DNA of 64,000 bases from Prevotella sp. CAG:732. Its GTDB lineage: Bacteria > Bacteroidota > Bacteroidia > Bacteroidales > Bacteroidaceae. The notes beneath the pieces are model-generated. The model did no database searches, was not told the DNA's origin, and worked only from the letters and a program-made list of their open reading frames with translations. Position 1 is the first letter of the stretch; the number at the start of each line of letters is the position of its first letter. This document shows positions 30,939-41,685 of this stretch, piece by piece. Location of the stretch: the NCBI GenBank assembly GCA_000436035.1, contig FR893309.1, positions 16,421 through 80,420 on the forward strand, in the 5' to 3' direction. The position numbers and the translations under genes are program-made.

Positions 30939-31628
30939 TCATATTTTCCCCTTGTCATGGTAGGAGTAGAAGGCTCCATCCGTCACGATGACGTGATCCA
31001 TGAAGAAGATGCGCATAATCTCGCACGCCTTGGAGATTTGGATGGTCAGCAAGTCGTCGTTTTTGCTAGGGAAGGGACTGCTGCTAGGGTGGTTGTGACA
31101 GACGGCGAGGATGGTGGCATTGTTGAGAATGACTTCTCGCATGATGAGTCGTACGTCGATGGCAGTCTCTGTGATGCCGCCATGCGAGATGCGCTCCGCC
31201 TTGATGAGTTTGAAGTTTTGGTTCATCATCAGAATCCAACCTTCCTCAACGTCGAGGTCTTGCATACGTGGAAGCATGTAGTTGTAGATGGCGATGGAGG
31301 AACCGAGGTCGGGGCGTGGACCAATCTTGTCCAAGGCACGTCGCTTGCCCAATTCGCAAGCAGCTAGGATGGTGATGGCTTTGGCAGGTCCCATACCCTT
31401 GTAATTCTGCAATTCCTGTTGTGTCATCTTGCCCAAGGTGTTGAGGTTGTTGTCGCAATCATTGAGGATATGCTTCATCAATTCCACAGCACTTTCTTCT
31501 TTGGAGCCAGAGCCAATCAGGATGGCGCAGAGTTCGGCATTGGATAATGCACTAGGACCTAAACTTTCGAGTTTTTCGCGAGGCTGGTCTTCTGAAGCCC
31601 ACTTCGCAATGGATAGTTTTTCGCTCAT
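30939..31628 (-). CDS. radC: RadC family JAB-domain protein
   Basis: PREKL, LSNAEL, GMGPAKA, HNHPS, DHVIV. Confidence 0.95.
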   Translation of the reverse strand: MSEKLSIAKWASEDQPREKLESLGPSALSNAELCAILIGSGSKEESAVELMKHILNDCDNNLNTLGKMTQQELQNYKGMGPAKAITILAACELGKRRALDKIGPRPDLGSSIAIYNYMLPRMQDLDVEEGWILMMNQNFKLIKAERISHGGITETAIDVRLIMREVILNNATILAVCHNHPSSSPFPSKNDDLLTIQISKACEIMRIFFMDHVIVTDGAFYSYHDKGKI

Positions 31629-31803
31629 AGTCGTATGTTTCGCTTGTTTAAATGTTTTATTTATATGAATGTATTGATTGTTATAAATGCTGATGATAAA
31701 ATAAAGTTTTCGCTCAGATTGAACTGTTCAATCCAGCTTTTCTAGCTTTTCGTTGATGATTTCGCTTGTTTGGAGTTTTCTTTCTTTTAGTTTCTTGTTT
31801 TGT

Positions 31804-32862
31804 TTATTTGTAAAATGTCTTGTTATATGCGCTAAACTCGCTCTTTCCTAATACGCATCTCTTCCACCAAGCGGAGAGAAAACCACAACCATATCCCATC
31901 AGTTGGGTGAAGGCGGCACGAATGCTCAGCAAGCCAATCTTCAGACTCTTATTCTGCTGGGTGCTGTCGATGCACAATGCGATCGAATAGAGTAGGATGA
32001 AGAACAAGCCGATGCAGCCTAATGCTGCCATGGCATTGCCTAGGGTAGGGAATACATGAGTGGTTCCCAACATATATGGCAATAAACCGAAGAACAAAAG
32101 TAAGAGCGTGCCAATCACTCCCACGGTGAAGACCATAGGAAGCAAGTGGACGAGCTTCAGACTTTCTGGATATTTCTTGTATAGGTTGATGCGTGCGATG
32201 CCGCTATTATAGACTTGTCGCCAAAACTTGCGGAAGTCGGTGCGGCGCTTGTGCCATACCCATGCCTCAGGGAACAGACGGCAACGGCAATCTGCCTTGA
32301 AGATACGGATAGAGAAGTCGATGTCTTCTCCGAAACGCATGTTGGAAAAACCATTCAACTTGAGATAGACATCACGGCGGATGCCCATGTTGAATGAGCG
32401 AGGATAGAACTTATCCATTTTCTTCTTGCCACCACGGATACCACCAGTGGTGAAGAAAGAAGTCATGGAGTAAGAAATAGCTTTTTGAGTATCTGTAAAT
32501 GATGAATGTGCCTTGTCGGGTCCACCGAAGGCATCGGCAGGCTCACGGCTCAATTCATCACTTACAGCTTTGAGATAATTCTCTGGCAAGACCACGTCGC
32601 TGTCAAGTATCAAGAGATACTCGCCTGATGCTCTTTCGGCACCATAGTTGCGGCTCTGACCTGGACCAGAGTTCTCCTTATAATAATAATGTATATCCAT
32701 CATGTCTTTGTATTGCTCACAAACGTCCTTGCAAGGAGTCTGCGAACCATCCTCAACAATGACCACCTCGAAGTCCTTGACCGTTTGATGGGTCAAGCTC
32801 TCCAAGAGTTCGTTCACCTCGTCGGGGCGGTTGAACACAGGAACAATGATGGAATACTTCAT
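31804..32862 (-). CDS. GT2 glycosyltransferase
   Basis: SIIVPVFN, VEDGS, LDSD, GEDIDF, HKRR, C-terminal TM helices. Confidence 0.92.
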   Translation of the reverse strand: MKYSIIVPVFNRPDEVNELLESLTHQTVKDFEVVIVEDGSQTPCKDVCEQYKDMMDIHYYYKENSGPGQSRNYGAERASGEYLLILDSDVVLPENYLKAVSDELSREPADAFGGPDKAHSSFTDTQKAISYSMTSFFTTGGIRGGKKKMDKFYPRSFNMGIRRDVYLKLNGFSNMRFGEDIDFSIRIFKADCRCRLFPEAWVWHKRRTDFRKFWRQVYNSGIARINLYKKYPESLKLVHLLPMVFTVGVIGTLLLLFFGLLPYMLGTTHVFPTLGNAMAALGCIGLFFILLYSIALCIDSTQQNKSLKIGLLSIRAAFTQLMGYGCGFLSAWWKRCVLGKSEFSAYNKTFYK

Positions 32863-32908
32863 GTTATTATAAAGTTAAAAAAATAGTGATAGTCACACCG
32901 AGCAGCGA

Positions 32909-33557
32909 TTACTCGCTAACACGACCGAGGTAGCTACCATCACGAGTGTCGATCTGGATAGTCTCACCCTCGTTTACGAACAAAGGAACGCGAACCTCAG
33001 CGCCTGTCTCCAAAGTAGCTGGCTTAGTAGCGTTGGTTGCAGTGTTACCCTTAACACCTGGCTCAGAGTGAGCGATCTTCAAAGTAGTCTTCACTGGCAT
33101 TTCAGCCAAGAGGATAGTACCATCAGTTGTATCAGTAACCACCTCAACAACGTCACCCTCCTTCATGTACTGGCCACCAGTAACGTTCTCCTTAGCGATA
33201 GCCATCAGTTGTATCAGTAACAACCTCAACAACGTCACCTTCCTTCATATACTGACCACCAGTAACGTTCTCCTTAGCGATAGGCACCTGCTCGAAAGTC
33301 TCCTGGTTCATGAAAATGCAACCAGTAGCGTCCTCGTAGAGATACTGATAAGGGCGACGCTCAACGCGAACATCCTCCAACTTGAAACCAACCTGGAAGG
33401 TACGCTCCAAGACGCGGCCATCGGCAACGTTCTTCAACTTAGTGTTCATGACAGTATTACCCTTACCTGGCTTTCTGTGCTGAAAGTCGATGCAAACCCA
33501 TACTTTGCCATCCATACGGATGCAAGTACCAATCTTAATTTCCTGTGAATTAATCAT
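32909..33557 (-). CDS. efp: Elongation factor P, frameshifted by an 82-bp tandem duplication (probable artefact)
   Basis: KPGKG loop, PGVKGNTA, DTRDGSY; removing one copy of 33120-33201/33202-33283 restores a single ORF. Confidence 0.95.
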
Positions 33558-33773
33558 TTTGTTTATCTTGAATTTTATTATATAATCTGAAAAACGGTGC
33601 AAAGTTACGGTAAAAACACGAAAAACCCAAGCAAATAACGAAAAAAACATAAATATTTAAGCTAATTTTTGCAGATTTCTTGGTTATTTCAGAAATAATG
33701 CGTAATTTTGCAGCCCGAAAGGAGCATTACGCCCTGATATTTGGAATATTAATTAAAAAAATAATAAAGAAAA

Positions 33774-33929
33774 ATGAAAAGAACATTTCAGCCTCACAAT
33801 CGTCGTCGCGTGAACAAGCATGGTTTCCGTGAGCGTATGGCAACTAAGAATGGTCGTCGTGTATTGGCTTCTCGCCGTGCTCATGGCCGCAAGAAGTTAA
33901 CTGTATCTGACGAGCACCACGGAAAATAA
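33774..33929 (+). CDS. rpmH: 50S ribosomal protein L34
   Basis: [51 protein letters not shown]; missing from the ORF track. Confidence 0.98.
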   Translation: MKRTFQPHNRRRVNKHGFRERMATKNGRRVLASRRAHGRKKLTVSDEHHGK

Positions 33930-33963
33930 TTCCGTCTGTACGCAGATTGAGAACGATGACATT

Positions 33964-33997
33964 AAAAGCAGCAAAGGGTTATGCCTTGGCTGCTTTT
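33964..33997 (+). terminator. rpmH terminator
   Basis: aaaagcagc...gctgctttt stem with T-tract. Confidence 0.75.
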
Positions 33998-34115
33998 TGT
34001 GTTTCTAGGGGCTTCTTGATGGTAGGTTAGTCTGCAATAAATCATAAAAAGTGGCTCATTTATTTTGTAATCTCTTCGATTTGCACTATCTTTGCACCTA
34101 AAATAGTGAATAAGA

Positions 34116-34841
34116 ATGACTTCTTCTGAATTTTTCAACAAGTTCAAGAGCAAGTACCTATGGGGAAATCTCTTTGCCATGGCTATCGTCGTGGTATTGC
34201 TTTGCGTCGGTGTCAAGTTTGGCATCGATATTTACACGCATCATGGCGAGGCGATTCCTATTCCTGATATCCGACACAAGAATTTTGCTGATGCAGAGCG
34301 CATCTTGGCAGATGCTGGCTTGCAAATAGAAGTGAGCGATACGGGATTCGTACGTAATCTTCCACCTGATTGTATCTTGGAGCAGTCGCCGACTCCCGGT
34401 GACCGTGTCAAGGCTGGGCGCATCATCTATGTCACCATTAATTCGGGGCATACGCCTACACTCACTATCCCGGATGTCATCGACAATAGTTCGCTACGAG
34501 AGGCGATGGCTAAGTTGACCGCCATGGGATTTAAATTGGGACCACCACAATATATACCTGGCGAGGAAGATTGGGTATATGGTATATTGGTCAAGGGAAG
34601 GCATGTTGTTGCTGGCGACAAGGTTTCGATAGATGCCGTGCTTACCATACAGGTGGGAAATGGACAACGTGACGCTGCCGACTCCATCAATTTTGTTGAG
34701 CCGATGGATGCCCATGATGATTTTGAGGAAACAAATGAGAGTGGCGGTGACGATGACAACTTTGAGGTCGTTCCTGGTACGGAACCAACGGAGCCAACCC
34801 CTCCTTCGCATTCTCATAATCAAAACGAAATAGTAGAATAA
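34116..34841 (+). CDS. PASTA-domain membrane protein
   Basis: N-terminal TM helix, YTHHGE, IPDI...ILEQSPTPG PASTA repeats; usual context before rluD-ddl. Confidence 0.88.
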   Translation: MTSSEFFNKFKSKYLWGNLFAMAIVVVLLCVGVKFGIDIYTHHGEAIPIPDIRHKNFADAERILADAGLQIEVSDTGFVRNLPPDCILEQSPTPGDRVKAGRIIYVTINSGHTPTLTIPDVIDNSSLREAMAKLTAMGFKLGPPQYIPGEEDWVYGILVKGRHVVAGDKVSIDAVLTIQVGNGQRDAADSINFVEPMDAHDDFEETNESGGDDDNFEVVPGTEPTEPTPPSHSHNQNEIVE

Positions 34842-35932
34842 TGGAGCAATTTGACGATATATATAATAATGAAGAAGAACTCTTCGATAATGAGGCAGGA
34901 CTCTCCAATAATGAGGAAGAACTCTTCGAGCATTGGAAGGTAGAGGTGGATGCCAAGCAAGATCCTGTTCGTATCGACAAGTATCTTGCCGACAAGATGG
35001 CTTATCAAAGCCGCAATCGCATCCAACAGGCTGCCGATGCGGGTTTCATTCAGGTGAATGGCAAACCTGTGAAGAGCAACTATAAGGTGCGCCCTGGTGA
35101 CCAAATCGCCTTGATGATGGATCGTCCTCGTCATGAGACGACCATCAAGCCAGAGGAGATAGCCATCAACGTGGTCTATGAGGACGACCAATTGATGGTG
35201 GTCAACAAGGAGGCTGGAATGGTGGTTCATCCGGGTGCAGGCAACTTCCATGGCACATTGATTCAGGCTGTGGCATGGCATCTGAAAGATATGCCGGAGT
35301 TTGATGCCAATGACCCAGAGGTGGGCTTGGTGCATCGCATTGATAAGGATACATCGGGCTTGCTGGTAGTTGCCAAGACTCCTGAGGCTAAGACTTCATT
35401 GGGTCAGCAGTTCTTCAACAAAACCACGCATCGCCGATACAATGCCTTGGTTTGGGGCAACATCGTCGAGGATGAGGGACGCATAGAAGGCAATATCGGG
35501 CGAGACCCTAAGAATCGTCTTCGTATGAAGGTGTTTGACCCAGATAGTGGAATCGGCAAAAGTGCCGTTACCCATTACAAGGTGTTGGAGCGATTTGGTT
35601 ATACCACTTTGGTGGAGTGCATCTTGGAGACGGGCAGAACCCATCAGATACGTGCTCACATGAAACAGATAGGGCATCCCCTCTTCATGGATGAGACTTA
35701 TGGTGGTGCCGAAATTCTGAGGGGACAACGTAGCAGCAGTTACAAGGCTTTCATCCAAAACTGTTTCAAGATATGTCCACGTCAAGCACTCCATGCCAAG
35801 ACATTGGGCTTCGTCCATCCTGCCACTAAAGAGCAGATGGATTTCGACAGTGAATGGCCAGGTGACTTCCGCCAGTTGATAGAGAAGTGGCGAGGGTTTA
35901 TCAATGGCACTACACAAGACACATTTCAATAG
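34841..35932 (+). CDS. rluD: RluA/RluD family pseudouridine synthase
   Basis: S4 domain RIDKYL, VHRIDKDTSG, ETGRTHQIR, QALHA. Confidence 0.9.
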   Translation: MEQFDDIYNNEEELFDNEAGLSNNEEELFEHWKVEVDAKQDPVRIDKYLADKMAYQSRNRIQQAADAGFIQVNGKPVKSNYKVRPGDQIALMMDRPRHETTIKPEEIAINVVYEDDQLMVVNKEAGMVVHPGAGNFHGTLIQAVAWHLKDMPEFDANDPEVGLVHRIDKDTSGLLVVAKTPEAKTSLGQQFFNKTTHRRYNALVWGNIVEDEGRIEGNIGRDPKNRLRMKVFDPDSGIGKSAVTHYKVLERFGYTTLVECILETGRTHQIRAHMKQIGHPLFMDETYGGAEILRGQRSSSYKAFIQNCFKICPRQALHAKTLGFVHPATKEQMDFDSEWPGDFRQLIEKWRGFINGTTQDTFQ

Positions 35933-35961
35933 ATAAAGTTACATATTTAATATATAGTAAG

Positions 35962-36957
35962 ATGGAAAATAACAAAAGAACGATAGCCATCGTATGTGGT
36001 GGTGATTCTTCTGAGCACGATGTATCATTGCGCTCAGGTCAGGGCTTGTACTCTTTCTTTGATAAAGAGCGCTATAACATATACATTGTGGATGTGAAGG
36101 GAACTGACTGGCATGTTGCCTTCGAGGATGGCGAGACTGCCGACATCGACAAGAACGATTTCTCTTTCCAGAAAGATGGCAAGCAAGTTTATTTCGACTA
36201 TGCTTATATCACGATACACGGACAGCCTGGCGAGAATGGTGTGATGCAGGGTTACTTCGACCTCATCCATTTGCCTTACTCTACCAGTGGCGTGCTTGTC
36301 GAGGCCATGACCTTTGACAAGTATGTGCTCAACAATTATCTCCGTGGCTTTGGCATCAATGTGGCAGATAGCATCTTGCTGCGTCGTGGTGAGGCTTATG
36401 ACGAGGAGGCTATTGCCAAGCGCATCGGTATGCCTTGTTTCGTGAAGCCTGCGGCTGATGGCAGTAGCTTCGGTGTCTGCAAGGTGAAGGAAGCCGACCA
36501 GTTGGCTCCTGCCCTTCGTGTGGCATTCATGGAGGCTGAGGAAGCGATGGTAGAGGGCTTTATGGATGGTGTTGAGATTTCTCAAGGCATCTATAAGACA
36601 GCCGACAAGAGCGTTGTGTTCCCTGCCACCGAAGTTGTGACAAGCAATGAGTTTTTCGATTATGATGCCAAGTACAATGGACAGGTACAGGAAATCACTC
36701 CTGCTCGTCTTGCGCCAGAGACTGCAAAGAAAGTGGCAGAGACTACTTCTCGCATCTATGACATCCTCCATGCCAACGGCATCATCCGCATCGACTACAT
36801 CATCTCCAAGGATCAGGATGGAAATGACAAGATCAATATGCTTGAAATCAACACCACTCCAGGTATGACAGCTACCAGCTTCATCCCTCAGCAGGTGCGT
36901 GCGGCAGGTCTTGACATCAAAGATGTGCTCAGTGACATCGTCGAAAACCAATTCTAA
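35962..36957 (+). CDS. ddl: D-alanine-D-alanine ligase
   Basis: GGDSSEHDVSLRS, IHGQPGENG, GSSFG, YDAKY, EINTTPG. Confidence 0.96.
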   Translation: MENNKRTIAIVCGGDSSEHDVSLRSGQGLYSFFDKERYNIYIVDVKGTDWHVAFEDGETADIDKNDFSFQKDGKQVYFDYAYITIHGQPGENGVMQGYFDLIHLPYSTSGVLVEAMTFDKYVLNNYLRGFGINVADSILLRRGEAYDEEAIAKRIGMPCFVKPAADGSSFGVCKVKEADQLAPALRVAFMEAEEAMVEGFMDGVEISQGIYKTADKSVVFPATEVVTSNEFFDYDAKYNGQVQEITPARLAPETAKKVAETTSRIYDILHANGIIRIDYIISKDQDGNDKINMLEINTTPGMTATSFIPQQVRAAGLDIKDVLSDIVENQF

Positions 36958-36968
36958 ACTGTAAGAAT

Positions 36969-38117
36969 ATGAAAATCCCTCAAGAATTTGATACCATTCG
37001 CCCTTGGGAGCCAGAAGACCTCCCGGAGGTGTTCGACCGTTTGCTTTCCAACGAACAGTTTAAGCAGGTGCTTGCTTATCTCTATCCACAGGTACCTTTT
37101 GAGATGATCGCCCAGAAGTTGAAGGCTTGCAAGACCAACATGGAGTTTCAGTTGGCTTTCGCCTATGACTTTGTGCATGGTCTCTTGAAGAAGGCTGCTA
37201 CGGGTTGTGAGATGGATTGCTCAGCGATAGACAACACTCGCAACTATACATTTATCAGCAATCACCGAGACATCGTGCTCGATTCAGCCATCTTGGATGT
37301 CTTGCTGGTGGATAATCACTTCAAGACCACTTGCGAGATAGCCATCGGCGATAATCTCTTGTCATTGCCTTGGGTCAAGGACTTGGTGCGTGTCAACAAG
37401 GCATTCATCGTGGAGCGTGCCCTAAGTATGCGCCAAATGCTGATGTCGAGCAAGCGTTTGTCAGACTATATGCACTTTGCCATCAAGGAGAAGCATGAGA
37501 ATATCTGGATTGCCCAGCGTGAAGGACGTGCCAAGGATAGCGACGACCGTACTCAGAAGTCTATCTTGCAGATGATGTCTATGGGAGGCGAGGGGAGTAT
37601 CATCGACCGTTTGAGACAACTCCATTTGGTGCCACTTGCCATCAGCTATGAGTATGACCCATGTGATTATCTCAAGGCGAAGGAATATCAGCAGAAACGA
37701 GACAATGCTGACTGGAAGAAGGGACCTACCGATGACCTCGTCAGTATGCAGACCGGCATCTTCGGTTATAAGGGGCATGTTCACTATCATGCAGCTGCTT
37801 GTGTAGATGAGTTCCTTGATACGCTCGACCCAGAGATGCCAAAACAAGATATATATAATAAGGTGGTGGGATATATCGACCACGAGATACATAGTCACTA
37901 TCAGACATATCCTGGCAATTATGTGGCTCTCGACATGCTCGAAGGAACTTCTACCTATGCCGACAAATATACGGCAGAGCAGAAAGCTCAGTTTGAGAAA
38001 TATATCGCAGGTCAACTTGCCAAGATTGACCTCCCGAATAAGGATGAGGCTTATCTGCGTGAGCGATTGCTCACCATGTATGCCAATCCTCTCCGTAATT
38101 ACCTTGCTGCCCAATAA
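36969..38117 (+). CDS. Glycerolipid acyltransferase family protein
   Basis: HX4D motif NHRDIVLD, IAQREGRAKD. Confidence 0.85.
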   Translation: MKIPQEFDTIRPWEPEDLPEVFDRLLSNEQFKQVLAYLYPQVPFEMIAQKLKACKTNMEFQLAFAYDFVHGLLKKAATGCEMDCSAIDNTRNYTFISNHRDIVLDSAILDVLLVDNHFKTTCEIAIGDNLLSLPWVKDLVRVNKAFIVERALSMRQMLMSSKRLSDYMHFAIKEKHENIWIAQREGRAKDSDDRTQKSILQMMSMGGEGSIIDRLRQLHLVPLAISYEYDPCDYLKAKEYQQKRDNADWKKGPTDDLVSMQTGIFGYKGHVHYHAAACVDEFLDTLDPEMPKQDIYNKVVGYIDHEIHSHYQTYPGNYVALDMLEGTSTYADKYTAEQKAQFEKYIAGQLAKIDLPNKDEAYLRERLLTMYANPLRNYLAAQ

Positions 38118-38140
38118 GCAGCAAGGAGGCGGCTATAAAA

Positions 38141-38180
38141 AAATCATCCCGATGTGTTTCATATCACATCGGGATGATTT
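38141..38180. terminator. Bidirectional terminator
   Basis: Perfect 16-bp stem aaatcatcccgatgtg / cacatcgggatgattt between convergent genes. Confidence 0.85.
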
Positions 38181-39264
38181 ATTTTTCTGCAATACATTCC
38201 ATCTCTATCAACCATCCCGGTTGGCAAACCTTGGCCTCGACGATGATATGGGGAATCTGGGGATAGAATTGCTGCATCATCTTCTCTACTGCGTGGTGGT
38301 CGGAGAGGTCACGGAGATAGATGATGAAGTATTGGATGTCGTTCATCGTGGCACCTCCGTCTTTGAGCAAAGCACCGATGTTCTCCAAGAGTCTGCCCGT
38401 CTGTCTTACGATGTCTCCCTCATACATCACCTGACCATGCTTGTCGATGCTGGCTGTTCCAGAGATGAAATATATCTGCTTGTCTGGCAAGGTGAGACGA
38501 GTGCCACGCTCGAAGGCTACACCATATTCATGGGTAGGGTTCAGGTGGTCGAGCGCCTGTAGATATTTCTTGTCTTCTTCTTTGATGTTAGGAACTGTCA
38601 GAAAGTCGATACCTACAGCGGCATGCCGAACGGGTGTCGCGCCGCCGATGCCTGTGCTGGCGATGTAATGGGTATTGGCGGTAAGGCCTTGTTGGTCGAA
38701 GACATCATTGTGTGCCTTTACCACTCCTTGATAGTTGACATCAATGTCGGTCACGTAAATCCAAGTCCTGACAAGGTTACGCTCCATCGTCATCACCTTT
38801 TCTTCTGTATCTCTTTGAATGCCGCTATTCTCTACGCCTTCGTTCTCATTTCTGCAAGCTTCGTTTTCGTTCTTCAGTATCTGAAAGTATTTGTCGAAGA
38901 GCATTCTGGTTTGCTCGTAGGAAGTCTTGCCTGTGGCTTCCTCTTCCGTCAGTCGGATGCTATGGAAAAGAAGGGGAACGTCATCGGAGGTGGTCTTGAC
39001 CAAGAGCGAGACCTTGCTGCCATTCAATGGAGCTTGCTCCACAATGGTTAGGTTGGTGTTTGCTAGAAACTCTTGGTAGAGCAGCGAGTCTTCCAACTCC
39101 TTGATTTGGTTCTGTGAATCGCTGAGAAAGATCTTGCAGTATTGCAGGGTGCGATTCTCTATCTTTTCAGTGTCGAGATAATTGCCTAGTTTTAGATACA
39201 GAAAGTTCAAGCGATCATTGAATGACCCCTTGCTTTCTGGTGAAAGAATTGTATATTTATCCAT
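38179..39264 (-). CDS. Tandem Rid/YjgF-fold protein (FkbO/Hyg5-like)
   Basis: RTWIYV, ASTGIG, AFERG, ISGTASI, PGWLIEMEC. Confidence 0.75.
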   Translation of the reverse strand: MDKYTILSPESKGSFNDRLNFLYLKLGNYLDTEKIENRTLQYCKIFLSDSQNQIKELEDSLLYQEFLANTNLTIVEQAPLNGSKVSLLVKTTSDDVPLLFHSIRLTEEEATGKTSYEQTRMLFDKYFQILKNENEACRNENEGVENSGIQRDTEEKVMTMERNLVRTWIYVTDIDVNYQGVVKAHNDVFDQQGLTANTHYIASTGIGGATPVRHAAVGIDFLTVPNIKEEDKKYLQALDHLNPTHEYGVAFERGTRLTLPDKQIYFISGTASIDKHGQVMYEGDIVRQTGRLLENIGALLKDGGATMNDIQYFIIYLRDLSDHHAVEKMMQQFYPQIPHIIVEAKVCQPGWLIEMECIAEK

Positions 39265-39287
39265 CTTGTTTTTGAAAGAATACCTAC

Positions 39288-40250
39288 TTATAGTGATTCC
39301 AACATGCGCTTGATGACAACTTCGGCAGAAATCTCACGGTTGGCAGCTTCTGGAATGACGAGGCTGTTCTTGCTCTCGATGACATCATCGGTTACGATGA
39401 GACCACGGCGTACTGGCAAGCAGTGCATGAACTGGCCGTTGTTGGTCCAACTCATGTGCTCCTCGTCGATGGTCCAACTCATGTCCTTGCTCAAGATCTC
39501 ACCATACTGTGTTGGGGCTTTTACGCCAGGGCAACTCCAGTTCTTGGCATATACGAAGTCGGCACCTTCCAAAGCCTTCTTCTGGTCGTATTCCACCTTG
39601 GCATTGCCTACAAACTTAGGGTCCAACTCATATCCTTCTGGATGAGTAACCACGAAGTCAACGTCGGCTGCGTTCATCCACTGAGCGAATGAGTTTGGCA
39701 CAGCCTGAGGCAAGGCACGGCAATGAGGAGCCCATGTCAAGACTACCTTAGGACGAGCCACCTTCTTGTGCTCCTCGATGGTGATGAGGTCGGCGAATGC
39801 CTGAAGAGGGTGAACGGTAGCGGTCTCCATGGCAAATACTGGGCGACCACTGTATTTCACGAATTGGTTGACGATGGTCTCGGCATAGTCGTAGTCACGG
39901 TCCTTCAAGCCAGCGAAACTACGTACACCAATCAAGTCGCAGAAACTTCCCATCACAGGGATTGCCTCCAAGAGGTGCTCGCTCTTGTCGCCATCCATGA
40001 TGACACCACGCTCTGTCTCCAACTTCCATGCGCCAGCATTCACGTCGAGTACGATGACGTTCATACCCAGGTTCATGGCTGCTTTTTGGGTGCTCAAACG
40101 AGTACGCAAGCTGTTGTTGAAGAATATCATCAGCAAGGTCTTGTTCTTGCCCAACTCTTGATAACCGAAACGGTTTGCTTTTACTTCCTGTGCCTCGGCA
40201 AGAGCTGCTTTCAAGTCGCCAAGGTCTTCTACATTAAAGAATGTCTTCAT
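39288..40250 (-). CDS. argF: N-acylornithine carbamoyltransferase (ArgF'), probably N-succinylornithine-specific
   Basis: SLRT, HPLQ, WAPH, HCLP; MDGDKSEH has Ser rather than Glu at the position known to set acetyl versus succinyl specificity. Confidence 0.9.
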   Translation of the reverse strand: MKTFFNVEDLGDLKAALAEAQEVKANRFGYQELGKNKTLLMIFFNNSLRTRLSTQKAAMNLGMNVIVLDVNAGAWKLETERGVIMDGDKSEHLLEAIPVMGSFCDLIGVRSFAGLKDRDYDYAETIVNQFVKYSGRPVFAMETATVHPLQAFADLITIEEHKKVARPKVVLTWAPHCRALPQAVPNSFAQWMNAADVDFVVTHPEGYELDPKFVGNAKVEYDQKKALEGADFVYAKNWSCPGVKAPTQYGEILSKDMSWTIDEEHMSWTNNGQFMHCLPVRRGLIVTDDVIESKNSLVIPEAANREISAEVVIKRMLESL

Positions 40251-40315
40251 ATCTTGATTTCCTTTCTATATATTACTATTGTGTATTTGCAGTTAATAAT
40301 ACCTTTCATAGTGAT

Positions 40316-40403
40316 ATTACCACGCTTGGGTAACATCATTACAGTAGTTTGGTAATGTCATTACCATAGTGCGGTAATCGGATTACCAATGCTTGGTAAT
40401 ATT
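40316..40403. repeat. 22-bp periodic array of ATTACC-N7-GGTAAT palindromes x4
   Basis: Units start at 40316, 40338, 40360 and 40382. Confidence 0.88.
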
Positions 40404-40410
40404 TTGGTAA

Positions 40411-41685
40411 TTATGCTCTGATTTGTCCGTTGCCTGTAATCAACCACTTGTAAGTAGTGATTTCTTCGAGAGCCATAGGACCGCGAGCGCCGAGCTTCTG
40501 TGTGCTGATGCCAATCTCAGCTCCGAGTCCGAACTGTGCGCCATCGGTGAAACTGGTAGGAGTGTTGACATATACGCAAGCGGCATCCACCATCATCTGG
40601 AACTTCTTCTGCGCAGCCTCATTGTCGGATACGATGCTCTCGCTGTGTCCGCTACCGTAAGTGGCGATATGCTCCAGTGCCTCATCCTCGCTAGTCACGG
40701 TCTTGATGCCCATCTGCATGCTCAGCCATTCCGTGTTCCACACATTGCCGTCGGCATTAGGACATGGGGTCTCATCGCTCACTATATCTAATAAGGTGTC
40801 GGGATAGTTGCCTTTCAATGCCTCGTAAGCCTGAGCATCTGCGTGAATCTTGACTTCTCGTTTCGCAAGGTCTTCGCAGAGCGTTGGAAGGTCGTTCAAA
40901 CGTTGTTCGTGGATGATGAGGGTATCGAGGGTATTGCAGACACTGCATCTTCTGCACTTGGCATTGGTGATAATAGCCTTGCCCATCTCTACATCGCCAT
41001 CCTTGTCGAAGTAGCAGTGTACCACGCCTGCACCTGTCTCGATGACAGGTACCTTGGCGGTGTCTCTTACAAACTGGATGAGCTTCTTGCCTCCACGAGG
41101 GATGCAGAGGTCGATGTAGCCCACGGCATTCAGCATCTCGCCCGTTGCCTCATGGGTAGCAGGGAGAAGAGTGGCTACGGCTGGGTCGATGTCATACTTT
41201 ATCAACACTCTGTGGATAAGTTCGATACTCGCTATGTTAGAGTAGTTTGCGTCCTTTCCACCTTTCAATACGCACGCATTTCCACTCTTGAAGCAGAGAG
41301 AGAATACATCGAAGGTGACGTTAGGACGAGCCTCGTAAATCATGCCGATGACTCCGAAAGGCACTGCCACTCTTTGCAGGTGCAAACCATTGTCGAGTGT
41401 CTTTTCCTTGAGAATCCTTCCGAGCGGTGAGGGCAAGGTGCTGACGTGTCGCATGTCGGCGGCAATATCGTGGAGTCGTTGCTCCGTGAGTTGCAGACGG
41501 TCGTAAAGAGGGTTCGCCTTGTCCATCTTCGCTAAGTCCTCCGCATTCGCCTTCAGGAGCGCAGGAGTCTCAGCGATGATGGCATCAGCCACTGCCTGTA
41601 GCACTTCGTTACGTTGCTCATCGGTCAGCAAGCCCAAAGTTTTGCTTGCTGCCTTCACCTTTTGGAAAGTTTCTTTCAGTTCCAT
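40411..41685 (-). CDS. proA: Gamma-glutamyl phosphate reductase
   Basis: [46 protein letters not shown]. Confidence 0.97.
   Translation of the reverse strand: MELKETFQKVKAASKTLGLLTDEQRNEVLQAVADAIIAETPALLKANAEDLAKMDKANPLYDRLQLTEQRLHDIAADMRHVSTLPSPLGRILKEKTLDNGLHLQRVAVPFGVIGMIYEARPNVTFDVFSLCFKSGNACVLKGGKDANYSNIASIELIHRVLIKYDIDPAVATLLPATHEATGEMLNAVGYIDLCIPRGGKKLIQFVRDTAKVPVIETGAGVVHCYFDKDGDVEMGKAIITNAKCRRCSVCNTLDTLIIHEQRLNDLPTLCEDLAKREVKIHADAQAYEALKGNYPDTLLDIVSDETPCPNADGNVWNTEWLSMQMGIKTVTSEDEALEHIATYGSGHSESIVSDNEAAQKKFQMMVDAACVYVNTPTSFTDGAQFGLGAEIGISTQKLGARGPMALEEITTYKWLITGNGQIRA

Noticed and set aside
31617..31770. Short direct repeats (tttcgcttgttt, ttttcgctca) upstream of radC
   Set aside because: Only 10-12 bp in AT-rich DNA; no ORF or structure that I can support.
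34865..34929. NNEEELF duplication at the RluD N-terminus
   Set aside because: In-frame repeat 42 bp apart in an acidic, probably disordered leader; no further signal.
40316..40403. CRISPR array
   Set aside because: Period is 22 bp with 7-bp variable cores; no 25-45-bp spacers and no cas genes in the window.
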